Below, piece by piece: positions 24,761 through 37,253 of a stretch of DNA of 64,000 nt; positions within the stretch are counted from its first letter, which is position 1, and every line of letters starts with the position of its first letter. The notes beneath the pieces were generated by a model. That model ran no database searches. It was not told where the DNA came from and saw nothing but the letters and a program-made list of their open reading frames with translations. The DNA comes from Chiloscyllium plagiosum (Eukaryota), in contig NC_057720.1 in assembly GCF_004010195.1 (NCBI RefSeq), forward strand, positions 12,944,932 through 13,008,931, given 5' to 3'. Both the position numbers and the translations under genes were made by a program.

Positions 24761-27700
24761 CACTAGTACTGGCAGGGTGCATTTAAATTCACCAAACCTT
24801 CACAACACAGGACGTTTCCTGAAAATATAAAGTAATTATAATGGTTCTCTGAATGAGGAACAGAAAGCCTATTTAGCTTGCTTACCATCTTGGAGTAAAG
24901 TGCTCGTTTTACTTTTGAAATGCTGATGGAGCAGCTGTCTATTTCTTGCATTTCCTGATTTTTGTTTTTATTGCCAGCATGCATAATTTTAATTCTGCTT
25001 GTTGGATTAAGTCTGCTTCTGTTGGGTTATACGGGTTAATTTTTGACAACCTCTGTTGAAATCGTAGGGTGTGGCAAGCTTTGCACTTGTGGTTATGAAA
25101 CAAATAATTTCACTGTCTGTTTTTCATTCATGGGTTGAAACTAGACATCTGTCAATTGTCTGCATAATGCATCTAGTGTTTAACTTCAATATGCTGTTCA
25201 TTTCTGTATACTATTCAAATGATACTGTTAACTCAAATCAGGCTTCTTTTGTATTATCACTTGTCAAATTGTGGCTTTTTTTGGAATCCTGCACATTTGC
25301 CAAAAGGTGTCCAGTCCACTTATACCCACTTTTGTCCAAAGTAACTACTGTTAGTAGAAGATTCTGTATGTGATCTTTATTAAAAGATTTGCTTCCCCAG
25401 GTGGCCTGTCTTGTGTGCAGAGTGGAAATAAAACAAGTTCCTAACCAAGATACTGGTTGTACCTAAATTGTGTTAAGGTACATTATTGGACTGATGTACT
25501 ATTTGGGTATTGTATTTTTCTGCTGGGGTATGATATGAATATTTTAGCATTTTATATTTGCGGCGTCTCATAGAACTGAAAATATTAGCAAGAAGAATAT
25601 GTCCATCAGCAGTCAAGCTGCATCTTAGAGTTTTGCTGCTTTGTGACCTATCAAATGAGTTTGTATACATGGTAACAGAGTGCAGTGAAGTTAGTTGACT
25701 GAAGGAATGTAATCATCATCCTGTCACTGCTAAATTGCTGTTATCAGGGTAATAGTCTGCTGTTAAATTCAAGCTGTGTGTTTCTGTCATTTTTAAATCA
25801 AGACACTGGTATGAATTGAGGTAAGTGCCGCATTTTATTTCCTCATGGAATCAACATTTTTTTTGTCAAACTTAAAACACAAGAGGTCTTCAGTGGTTGA
25901 GGTGAATCTTAAATCTTTACCTTCAAAATACTTTTGGTGGAATAGCTTGGTTTTCTGTGCTGCTCCTGCATAAAAGAAAATGTCTATTCTGTTGCAAGTC
26001 AGTCTTGAAACGTAAACATTGTCTCTCTTCACAGAGGCTGGGGAGTGGGGGAACCTTACCAACGAAACTCACTCTTTACACCCTTCTTTCTGTTTAACTT
26101 TTGTACTTGAACCTGTGTATTTTTCCATCCTTAAATTCACTGTCTGATTTCCCAGGACAGGAATTCCAGTCGTGTGAGGGATCGAGAAATTTTAAACTGG
26201 ATTTTTCTGACAGAGTAGGATGTTTTATGGATTTGGCAAAGGTGGGGGACTACCTTCAAACCTTGATGCATGGCTCCAGTTCTTTGGGCCAGAGAGAAAT
26301 TATAGGTTGGATTTAGTGACTGTTACCAAACCAAGCAACAGGTTCTATTTAAGTGTGACCTAAAATTCAATACAGTAAAATTGCAATAGGTTTATTTGCG
26401 GAGTCCACTCTCAAATTTGTATTTAGCAGGATTTCAAGATAGCCAAGGAAATTCCTACATAACCCACTTTTGTCGAAGAACATGCTGTGGAAATGAACTA
26501 AATAAATATGCAGTAATAACTAAATATATTGAAAATGTCTTATTTTATCATTTTGTTCACATCTCACAATGACCCAACATTGTACAGTCAAAGCCATTTT
26601 AAAATGTTTGAAATTAGCTCCGAAAACGCTCTGCTTACTGCACCTGCCCAAAGACAGTATGGTATGGTTGACTATCCTGTATGTGCAGCCGAATGTGTTT
26701 GTCGTGTTTGCGTACTGCAATGTACAACCCTGGTGTACTTCTATTGCCTTTGTGGTTTTAGTTAGGGAAGTAGGTAAGTAACTGGGCAAGCTGTACATGT
26801 AGGGTTTTTGTCAAATAATGGCTTGCCTATGAATTGGCGCTGTAGTGTAACCCCGCATCATAGGATAATCTGGCTAATTTGGAGTTACCAGAGCTGTCTC
26901 ATCCTGGGGATCCTTCTGTTGGATTGCCTATTCTGCTGTTGGGAATTACTATCAATTTTGATGCAACCAGTGTTTCAGATTATCTGATTTTGACAAGTCA
27001 CAATTTCACTATACTATGAAAGAAAGTGGGTTAAGGAAAATGGGATGTAAGAATTCAGTAATAACTTAGGGTGGAGTGGGGGAAGCAGTTTCTTAAATTG
27101 GTTGAAATGTGTTTCACCAAATGATTTTGGATGTAGGTATTGTTGACTAAACTGCTTTACTGGAAGTTCCCCACAATATCTATCCTATCATGACTTGTAT
27201 ATGATAATACAGATTGTTGTTTTGTGAATTGCCTAGCAAGCAACTCTGTTCAACAGTTAGGGTTAAGCATCAAATATTCGCTTCACCAGAGATGCTACAT
27301 ATCATGAAATAATTTTTTAAAAAGTCATTAATAGATGGATAGCTTTCTTAGCAATCAATAGTACACAGATCTATACAGTATGTACTTAAATAGCTGTGAA
27401 TCCAGATGTCTCCTCAGTGGAAAAAAATGCTTTGGATCATAGTCAGCCTTTGAACAATATCTCTATTCATTAAGCAATGTCTGTCTCCTAATTTTACCAG
27501 TTGCCCAATCACAAGGTTCTCTACTGTTAGCTGCTTCGTCTCACAAGGTAGTTCTGGTCAAGGACACAAAAAGTACATGTTGCATGTGAGTTTGAGATAA
27601 AACAAATGACTTCAAATGAATGCAAAACATGTCATCATTAAAAAAAAAGCAGTGCTATAGACTTCTTCTCCAATGACTCAGAGCTTGGTTTTTTTTCCCC

Positions 27701-28311
27701 AGAAACATGAGTTGCTAATCCATCTCCACCCAGCAAACTATTTCTTATACTTGCATCATGCCATTTACCCTGTCAAGCTGCCTGAAAATGTTATATATTT
27801 CCATAAGGTTGCCTTTCAGTAATACCTCCAGTGAGTACAAGGAAAACCTGCTCAACCACTCCTCAAAAGGCAATCTCTCCATACCTGGAATCAGTGTAGA
27901 GAGCCCTCTTGTCTCTTCTCACTATTTTAGCCAGTATGTGTTCTATTTCATAATTTTTATATCACTTATGCTGCATAGACCTTTTTTGTACTTAATTACT
28001 GCAATGTTTACTTTCTTCAGATGAGGTTGTTGCAAAAGAATTTAATGGGAACAGGATTTGAGATTAATGCTGACATCCAGCATTTGGCTTCCAAATCTCT
28101 CTGGACAGGAAGCCTCAAGGACTCTTAAAATCCATTACATTATATCAGTGTTGTGTTATTAATGATTCCCTGTTGAGTTCACCACGGTGACCAGTATTCA
28201 TAGTCTCTTGTGATAACTGATTTGCCAATATTCCTGGTGTGGTACAGATTAAATTCACATTAGACTAAGAGTTGGAAATTCAATTAAAGTTTAAATCAAA
28301 CTTACCTTCTG

Positions 28312-28930
28312 TCATGGAGTCATAGAGATGTACAGCATGGAACCAGACCCTTTGGTCCAACCGGTACATCCCAACCCAATCTAGTCCTACCTGCCAGCAC
28401 CCAACCCATATCCCTCCAAACCCTTCCGGTTCATATACCCATCCAAATGCCCTTTAAATGTTGCAATTGTACCAGCCTCCACCACTTCCTCTGGCAGCTC
28501 ATTCCATACATGTACCACCCTCTGCGTGAAAAAGTTGCCCCTTAGGTCTCTTTTATATCTTTCCCCTCTCACCCGAAACCTAAGCCCTCTAGTTCTAGAC
28601 TCCCTCACCCCCAGGGAAAAGACTTTGTCTATTTATCCTATCCATGCCCCTCATAATTTTGTAAACCTCTATAAGGTCACCCCTCAGCCTCCGACGCTCC
28701 AGGGAAAACAGCCCCAGCCTGTTCAGCCTCTCCCAATAGCTCAAATCCACCCACCCTGGCAACATCCTTGTAAATCTTTCTTTCTGAACCCTTTCAAGTT
28801 TCACAACATCTTTCCAATAGGAAGAAGACCAATATTCCAACAGTGGCCTAACCAACGTCCTGTACAGCCGCAACATGTACTCCCAACTCCTGTACTCAAT
28901 ACACTGACCAATAAAGGAAAGTATAATGAA
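28312..28930 (-). mobile_element. CR1 3' end
   Basis: LYRTLVRPLLEY, RRLRGDLIEVYKIM and FFTQRVV motifs. Confidence 0.9.
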
Positions 28931-29959
28931 ATCTGATTTCATTTAAAATCTGAAAATGCTCATTCTCTCAAACTTCTATCACTTCCCTTTATTTTTTCTT
29001 AACGTTAGATCGTGATGGATGATTATGTAGGATGCTTTTTGCCTCAGTCTTATTCTCTTGCAAGTAGTAGGTATAAAATGTTGACAAACTTAAAACCCAT
29101 TATCACTCCAAGGAAACTGCTGTTCAGCTGTAATTGCTACTCTGAGGTTTTTTTAGGTTTATAATAATTGAGAGGGAAAACTGTTTTTCAACTGTGGTGT
29201 TTTTGAGCTTATTTCAAAAGGTTTTTTTTGTCTTTATTCACGAGATGCAGTTTTCACTAACAAGGTCAGCATTTATTATTGTCAGCTAAGAATTTTGGCA
29301 AGTTAAATGAGGTCTTTATTTACAGAATAAAATAACTGAAATCTCTGGTCCTTGAATTCATGATTCCATGTATTTTGACAGTTAGATTTTTAATGAGCCT
29401 TGTTCAGATATGGCTGATAATTTGTGTTGACTGTTGCTTTGATTAGTTTATCTGGGTAAATGTGGGCAGGATAATTACATCTGAATACAAATATGGGATG
29501 TTTCTAAAGTCTCTGTGCAGTTTTAAACTTGGATGTATATGTGATACAAATTGTAAATCGCGTATAAAAACCTAATTCATTTTTGACTAGCATTGGGCTT
29601 AAGCTATGCTAGCCTTAACACGCAGTTCACCTTTTCTTCTGTAATTGTAATTTTCAATAAGTTCCAGCATCTGCAATAAAGTGAAAACAAAATTAACTCA
29701 CCACTGACATCATTAAAAATCTTAATGCATCATGCTTTTGGTTTGCTTTTGTTGTGTGTATATCAAAGTTTAAAGTTGCACTAAACTTTATAGCAGCTTG
29801 TAAAAATCTTTTGCGGATCAGTGAGAAAAATAAAGACTCATATTAAAGCAGTGAACTTGTGCAGTTACTGCCTTTGCTGTTTGAATTCATGTATCACTGG
29901 ACATCGGAGTGCATCTCGGAAAACTTAACAAACAGCAAAATTCATAATTGATCTTGGAT

Positions 29960-32634
29960 GAACCTGTTTGGGAGAGGTCACAACACAGCAATAGATTAAG
30001 TAAATAGTTTTAAGTATAGCCTTGCTGTAAATCTACAATAGTGAGTAGAGTGGGTTCTTTCTTGATTATATGTTTTATTAAGATATGTCTCTTAACTTAG
30101 CCTGGAGCAGTGTTTTGTAGAGGACTAAGACAATGTTATGTTCAGGGTCTGTAGATTGGAAGAAGCAAAAATGACCTTTAGTAGAGTGATATGCTCCTCT
30201 TGTCGGATGTGGGAGTTTAAAGAGAGTTTGTGTTACTGAGGATTATATCTGCAATAAACCCCGTTGGTTGCAAATCCTATCAGATCGACAGTTAGAAGCA
30301 ATGAGGAATTTATAGGGAGATAGTGAGGAAAGAGATCAATCTGAGACTGGTACAGTTGAGAAAAGGAGAGAGTCAAACGGTCAGGGCAGGGGGGAAAAGC
30401 AGAGAACAAGGTAGGACTGATAATTTAAACTGCATTTTTTTCAATTCAACAGACCTAACTGGGAAGGCAGATGAACTCAGAGCATGGTTAGAAACATGGG
30501 ACTGGGATATCAAAGCAAGTACAGAAACGTGGCTCAGGAATGGACAGGACTGGCAGCTTAATGTTCCAGGATACAAATGCTACAGGAAGGATAGAAAGGG
30601 AGGTGAGAGAGGAGGGGGGAGTGGTATTTTGGATAAGGGATAGCGTTACAGCTGTATATAAGGTGGCTATTCTAGCAAATACATCCAGGGAAGTTATTTG
30701 GGTGGAACTGGGAAATAAGAAAGGGATGGTCACCTTATTGGGATTGTATTATAGACCCCCTAATAGTCAGAGGGAAATTGAGAAACAAATTTGTAAGGAG
30801 ATCTCAGTTATCTATAAGAATAATAAAGTGGTTATGGTAGGGGATTTTAACTTGCCAAACATAGACTGGGACTGCTATAGTGTTAAGGATTTAGATAGAG
30901 AGGAATATGTTCACTGTGTACAAAATTTTCCTATTCAGTATGTGGATATACCTACTAAAAGAAGATGTAAAACTTGACCTACTCTTGGGAAATAAGGCAG
31001 GACACGTGATTGAAGTGTCAGTGAGAGAGCACTTTGCAGCCAGTGACCATAATTCTATTAGATTTAAAATAGTGATGCAAAAGGATAGATAGATAGATCT
31101 AAAAGCTAAGTTCTAAATTGAAGGAAGGCTAATTTTGATGGTATTAGGCAAGAACTTTCAAAAGCTGTTTGGGGGCAGATGTCGCAGGTAAAGGGATGGC
31201 CGGAAAAAGGGAAGCCTTCAGAAATGAGGTAATAAGAGTCCAGAGAAAGTATATTCCTGTTAGGGTGAAAAGAAAGGCTGGTAGGTATAGGGAATGCTGA
31301 ATGACTAAAGAAATTGATGGCTTGGTGAAGAAAAAAAAGAAAGCATATGTCCGGTATAGACAACCTGGATGGAGTGAATCCTTAGAGTCTAAAGGCAGTA
31401 GGAGTATACTTGAGAGAAATGAGCATGGCAAAAAAGGGACATGAGATAGCTTTGGCAAATAGGGTTAAGGAGAATCCAAAGGGTTTTTACAAATACATTA
31501 AGAACAAAAAGGTAACTAGGGAGTGAATAGGACCCCTCAAAAATCATCAGGGTGGCCTTTATATGGAGCTGCAGGAGATGGGGAGATACTAAACGAGTAT
31601 TTTGCATCAGTGTTTATTGTGGAGGAGGACATGGAAGGTATAGAATGTAGGGAAATAGTCTACATTACAGAGGAGGAAGTACATGATGTCTTGAAATGCA
31701 TAAAGGTGGATAAATCCCAGGACCTGGTCAGGTGTTTCCTGGAACTCTGTGGGAAGCTAGGGAAGTGATTGCTGGGCCTCTTGCTGAGATATTTTTATCA
31801 TCAATAGTCACAGGTGAGGTGCCAGAAGTCTGGAGGTTCGCTAAGGTGGTACCACTATTTGAGAAAGTTGGTAAGGACAAGCCAGGGAACTAGAAACCGG
31901 TGAGCCTGACGTCAGTAGCAGGCAATTTGTTGGAGAGAATCCTGAAGGACAGGATTTCAGACTGGGGGCTTTAACCAATAAAGTGCCACAAGAATCAGTG
32001 CTTGTCCACTATTCGTCTTTATATAAATGATTTGGATGTGAACATAAGTGGTAGAGTTAGTAAGTTTGCAGAGGACACCAAAATTGGAGGTATAATGGAC
32101 CGTGAAGAAGTTTATATTACAATGGGATCTTGATCAGATGGGCCAATGGGTCAAGGAGTGACAGATGGAGTTTAATTTGGATAAAAGCGAGGTGTTGCAT
32201 TTTGGAAAGCAAATCTTAGCAGGACTTATGCACTAGTGATAAGGTTCAAGGGAGTGTTGCTGAACAGAGAGACCTTGGTGTGCAAATTCATAGCTCCTTG
32301 AAAGTGAGTCGCAGGTAGATAGGATAGTGAAGAAGGTGTTTGGTATGCTTTCCTTTATTGGTCAGAGCTTTCAGTATAGAGAGTTGGGAGGTCACGTTGC
32401 GGCTGTACAGGAAGTTGGTTAGGCCACTTTTGGAATATTGCGTACAGTTTTGGTCTCCTATCGGAAAAATGTTGTGAAACTTGAAAGGATTCAGAAAAGA
32501 TTTACAAGGATGTTGCCAGGATTGGAGGATTTAAGCTATAGAGAGAGGCTGAATAGGCTGGGGCTGTTCTCTCTGGAGTGTTGCAGGCTGAGGGATGACC
32601 GTATAGAGGTTTATAAAATCATGAGGGGCATGGA
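29960..32634 (+). mobile_element. Long, internally deleted CR1: ORF1 zinc-finger start, APE endonuclease and RT
   Basis: MTFSRVICSSCRMWEF at 30171; TETWL, YRPPNS, GDFN and SDH endonuclease motifs; FAEDTK RT motif; many frameshifts. Confidence 0.9.
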
Positions 32635-32651
32635 TGTCTTTTCTGTATGGT

Positions 32652-33019
32652 TGTTAGGTTCTTTTCTGGAGGTTTCACCTTCGAGATGCAATTCGCACAC
32701 AACCTCTGCAAACAGTTAAAGTTTATTCAAGCTTGTGTAAGCTAGGTGACCCCTCTGACATTCTTTGCTAGTCGTGAAAAGTCAAGTCAAAATGAGACCC
32801 CGAACAAAGTAAGAAAACAATCCACTTTATACAGGTCAGTTGGTTATGCTCACAGATACTCTGGCCACTGCTCCCCCATAACTACATGTTACCCCAGGTA
32901 CAATGGTAGGATGAGATCATCCTTGGAGATAATGCAAATGTAAATGCCCTAATCCTGGGGGATCATTATGCAGACGCTTTCCTGACTCCGTGTTTCCCCA
33001 AGGCAATGCAGGTGCGACA
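32652..33019 (-). mobile_element. LTR-like segment
   Basis: TG...CA candidate termini; minus-strand TATAAA (about 32826) and AATAAA (about 32722), same layout as 16036-16669; no TSD found. Confidence 0.4.
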
Positions 33020-33346
33020 ATACCTAGCTTCGGGGGATGGCTATGAAAGCATTTCTGAATGAGAATTTAATTTGATAATAGTTGAGGAGGGTAGTAACAA
33101 ATGACTATCTAAATGGAGTGATAGTCTTCTGCACTTCTGCATGACTGTTCACCCATTTCCAGGATGTTCAGTCAGTGCAGTTCAACCCTGGGGTTTGTAC
33201 TAGATGTCTTAGCAGGATGGTAATTTTGAGAGTTGCTATCCTGAATACTACCTTTACAGTTCACGTATGTTGCCTTGCAGTGTTGCAAAACTGAAAGTCT
33301 TTCTGCAATTCATAAATGTAACTTTGATCTAATTAATCTACTTCAG

Positions 33347-33488
33347 TTTACAGAGGAGAAATTGGGCCAAGCTGAGAAGACCGAGTTGGATGCCCACCTA
33401 GAGAATCTACTGAGCAAAGCTGAAAGCACAAAGCTATGGACTGAGAAAATAATGAAACAGACTGAGGTGTTGTTGCAACCTAATCCAA
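33347..33488 (+). CDS. SH3GLB1: Endophilin B1 exon 2 (FTEEKLGQAEKTELDAHLENLLSKAESTKLWTEKIMKQTEVLLQPNP)
   Basis: cttcag acceptor, gtaaga donor, 142 nt, frame continuous with exons 1 and 3. Confidence 0.97.
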
Positions 33489-34329
33489 GTAAGAAATGGT
33501 TTATTGCACAGAATGTTTAGAAAATGCCCTGGTGCCACCAATTTAGTATTAGATTTAAATTCAGTAACCTTAGAACTGCAGTTCACAGGATGTGAGGAAG
33601 TTTCACCCCTTAACTGGGACAATCAATTCAGTCAGTTGATATTGGATGTTGAAAATTCAAGCATATGTGCTGTTACATGCATTTTTTTATGTTTTAATAC
33701 CAGCTGAATGCATCAAACCCTTTTGGAAAGCCGTATTCACCCCATGAAAGAGCCCTTAGATTTAATTTTGGCCAAGTTAAACTCTTTTATTTATGGCATT
33801 TCTTTTAAGAGTGACATGCCTCTGAGCATGTAATTTGATTTTATTCTAACTTTGCTTCTTGGAAGTTTAATTCTTAATTGTATCTTGTTAGGATGAAGGA
33901 AAAAATCTAATTAGCTGAAGAGTTTGCCTTTTCAAGGTTTGAGGTTACATAGGACAGAACTTGTGATTTGAAACTGTAGAGAATTTCACAATTAAGAGTT
34001 TATGGCTTTGTGGTTTGCCCAGGTGTCAGCTTTTGTACACTTTGGTATTTTCATTGTCTAAAGTGAGAAATGTATCCTCTGTTAGTAAAGCTTGTTTTTA
34101 AAAAATTCCGCTACTAAAACTCTTCAATTTCCTATCAGTGTTTCTTGCTGAAGATTTCTCAGAAAGCATATTGAAAAATTTTAAATGGTTGCAATAAATG
34201 TTTCAAAATCGTGTTTTAACCATCTGCAACATTGCCAGCAACAACTGCATTATCCAAAGAAAAGTAATTTTTCTGAGCATTATACCAACCAACACCATGG
34301 TTGAAAGTAGGAATAAATAAATCAATAAA

Positions 34330-35040
34330 CTTTGACTGCACACCTCACCTTCTGTAGAGACTCCTATTCAACTCTTCCACATTGTCTGTTTCCGTCACTT
34401 TTTTTATGATGTAGACTTCCATACTAGCACTTCCAATATGTCTTCCTTTTTTTCTCAGCTGAAAATTCCCTCCACACTGTGGTGACACAATGTTTGACTA
34501 CATCTGCTCCATTTCATGTTTTTCTGCTATGCCCTCCTGCCCCCTCCCTTTCCTGAAGCATGTGAGAACTCTTCTTCTCTTTCCCCCCCCCCCTTGCCAT
34601 TCATCCCACCAGCCTCTGCATTCAATGAACTATTCTTCATCACCTCAGTATGATGTCACCACCAAATGTATCTTTCTGTCCCTTTTCAGCATTTCAAAGT
34701 AGCCATTCCTCCCTGATAGCATTTCTCATCTTTAAACCCCTTCACTTCCGTCGTACCACGTCCTTGCTGTTTACCTTACAAACAGTCCTTTGAGATGAAA
34801 CAACAATGTACAACTACTTTGAATTTAGTTTGCTGTATTCATTCCTCTAAATACAGTGAGACCAAACTAGACTGGGTAGTTGTTTTGCAGAGCTCCTCCC
34901 TTCAGTCCACAAGCATGGGTTCAGGTTTTTGGCATTTTCATTCTCAACTGTGACCTGACTCTGACCCCTCTATCCACAGCACCCAGAAGTGCTTTTTTTG
35001 AAGCTCTGAGAGTCCAACAATTCCGGATCAGAAACTCTGT
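34330..35040 (+). mobile_element. Highly degenerate Penelope-like fragment
   Basis: NLVCCI-like remnant near 34822 and pyrimidine-rich similarity to 13515-14225. Confidence 0.45.
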
Positions 35041-35339
35041 TCCTGTTTAGTTTAACCTAACTGTAGGTTATTCAGTCCCTCAAACAAGCTTGGGGGACTG
35101 AATAACCTACAGTTGTTTCTATTTAACTAACAGTCCACAAATAGAATAATTAAATGTTGAAATCAGGCAATTGCTCTGTTTGGCTACCTTGAGGTATTCT
35201 GTCCGAATTCATAATAGCTGTTAAAATGCAAATACAGTAGTTTTCAAACTGCATGTGTGCAAATGCAGAAAATGAATCTCATTTGAAGTCTTGTGATCCA
35301 TTAGCGTATGACCTCGAAATCAAATTTTATTTGCTTCAG

Positions 35340-35468
35340 ATACAAGAATAGAAGAATTTGTGTATGAGAAACTGGATCGAAAAGCACCATCTCGTCTAAA
35401 TAACTGTGAACAATTGGGACAGTATATGATTGAGGCTGGAAATGAATTTGGTCCTGGCACTGCATATG
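35340..35468 (+). CDS. SH3GLB1: Endophilin B1 exon 3 (NTRIEEFVYEKLDRKAPSRLNNCEQLGQYMIEAGNEFGPGTAY)
   Basis: ttgcttcag acceptor, gtaaga donor, 129 nt, phase 1-1. Confidence 0.97.
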
Positions 35469-37119
35469 GTAAGAAAATTCAACCACTTAGACAAAATCTA
35501 ACTTCCTTTTGTATTATTAAATGCAGTTTTAAAGCAACTTATTTCTTTAAGATGTTATGTTTGACTAAAATAATACCATGGAATGCCACAAACATGATTA
35601 GCTCCTCTGTATTGTATCATTCTATGATAAGTGGGTGTTTTTAAACAGTATAACTTTTAACCTGAATGTAATTGACTTCAGTACTTTATATAGATGGTGA
35701 ACTTCATAGCTAATGGTGTTGAAGGAGGTGATCAGCCATGATCTTGTTGAATGGCAGAACAGGCTCAAACCAAATTACCTCCTCCAGCTCTTATTTCTTT
35801 CTTTATGTTCTCTCATCAGACTTGAACCTTCTTGTGCCATCTTATAATATTAGGAGAGACAGCCAGTCTGATTGTAATGTTATCTAAAAGAGTCGCAGCC
35901 AAACAATGATCCTCATGTTAACAATCAAACTGTTAATAATTCCTGGATATTGGGAGTAACTCTCATCATATACAACACTGGTTTCAATTTGCTGGCTTCT
36001 GTGCAAAACTTTAAAATTTCTAATCACTTTGAAATGGTTTGATTGCCTGGTGATAAACATCCATGGAGGAATCTCTGTTGAGATGGACCCTGTTCCATGT
36101 AAAGGTTCTTATTTTGAGATGTCCCTTTTGATCCAAAGTGAAAAAAAGAGAGATCTCTGGATGGAGTGACAATTCAAGTTCATGGCTCTGAGATAATTAG
36201 ATTTCAGAGTAATTAGTCTGACTAGACACAGAGAGAGAGATTTCAGTTAAGAGGCAAAGTGGTGAAGTGGACTGTAACCAAGTTTGCGATGGAGATGGGA
36301 ACTAGTTGACCAGAAAATGGAAACCGAAGTTAGTTTGGTGTCAGCTAATTTGGTGATTAGAAATTTTAAACTTTTGCATATGTACAGTTTGTGTGGGTAG
36401 GAGCAAGCAAACTAAATGAGAATGAATTGTAAAACTATAACAAAATATGACCATTTATATCAGGGGCTTCGTCTATGAACTGGACAGTGATGAAAAGGAA
36501 CTCCGGAAAGTTTAAAAAGTCAGGGCAGTAGAACCTGAGAATGCATGTGTTCTTTGATAATCATGTTTGGAACCTCTAATTGAATTTGCAGCCAGTGGGA
36601 AAACTCAAGGACTGCGGGATTCTGTGCACCAGAGTTGGAATTAAAACTGCACTTGTGGTCCTTTTTAATTGAACGTCCTTTGTCTTTGTAGTATTGGAAT
36701 TTTTTTGCATAAAAAAAATTTGTTAATGTATGCTTGATTTTACATTGATTTTTGGGTTTGACTGTTAAAGTAGAAGTTTTAAAAACTGAAATCTTGTCCA
36801 TCATTTCCTTGTACCAGAGTTGTTTGGGGATTCCTTTCTTTTCAGGTTATTTTCCTATCTGAGGGAATCATGATACTGTCCTGTTGTGATGGTCCGGTTA
36901 TATTTTCACTGCTAGACCAGTACCAAAATTGCCATAAAATTGCTGTCACAGGGTAAGTTGCTATGTTGGGTCTCTGAAATCCCAGCCGTAGGGAATTCTC
37001 CCATTATGCTACATAGCTCAAGTATAATAACAGAATTATATTGAAATAGAAGTGAGAAAAGTCCATACTTTAATTAGGTAAAGACAGAGTTTGAGTCATT
37101 GTTTTTTTTTCCCCAACAG

Positions 37120-37253
37120 GCAGTGCTCTTATTAAATGTGGAGAAACTGAAAACAGAATTGGTGCTGCAGAAAGGGAGTTAATACATTCCTCAGAAGTTA
37201 ACTTTTTGGCCCCCCTCAGGAACTTCTTGGAAGGAGACTACCGAACAATATCT
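37120..37253 (+). CDS. SH3GLB1: Endophilin B1 exon 4 (GSALIKCGETENRIGAAERELIHSSEVNFLAPLRNFLEGDYRTIS)
   Basis: Poly-T tract plus caacag acceptor, gtaagt donor, 134 nt; not in the ORF track, translated manually. Confidence 0.97.

Noticed and set aside
25803..25826. Strong GAG/GTAAGT donor in intron 1
   Set aside because: Only a weak AAG acceptor nearby and no other support
36050..36875. Possible additional solo LTR in intron 3 (and a partial one at 9870-10125)
   Set aside because: LTR-like composition only; no TG..CA pair with a TSD could be fixed
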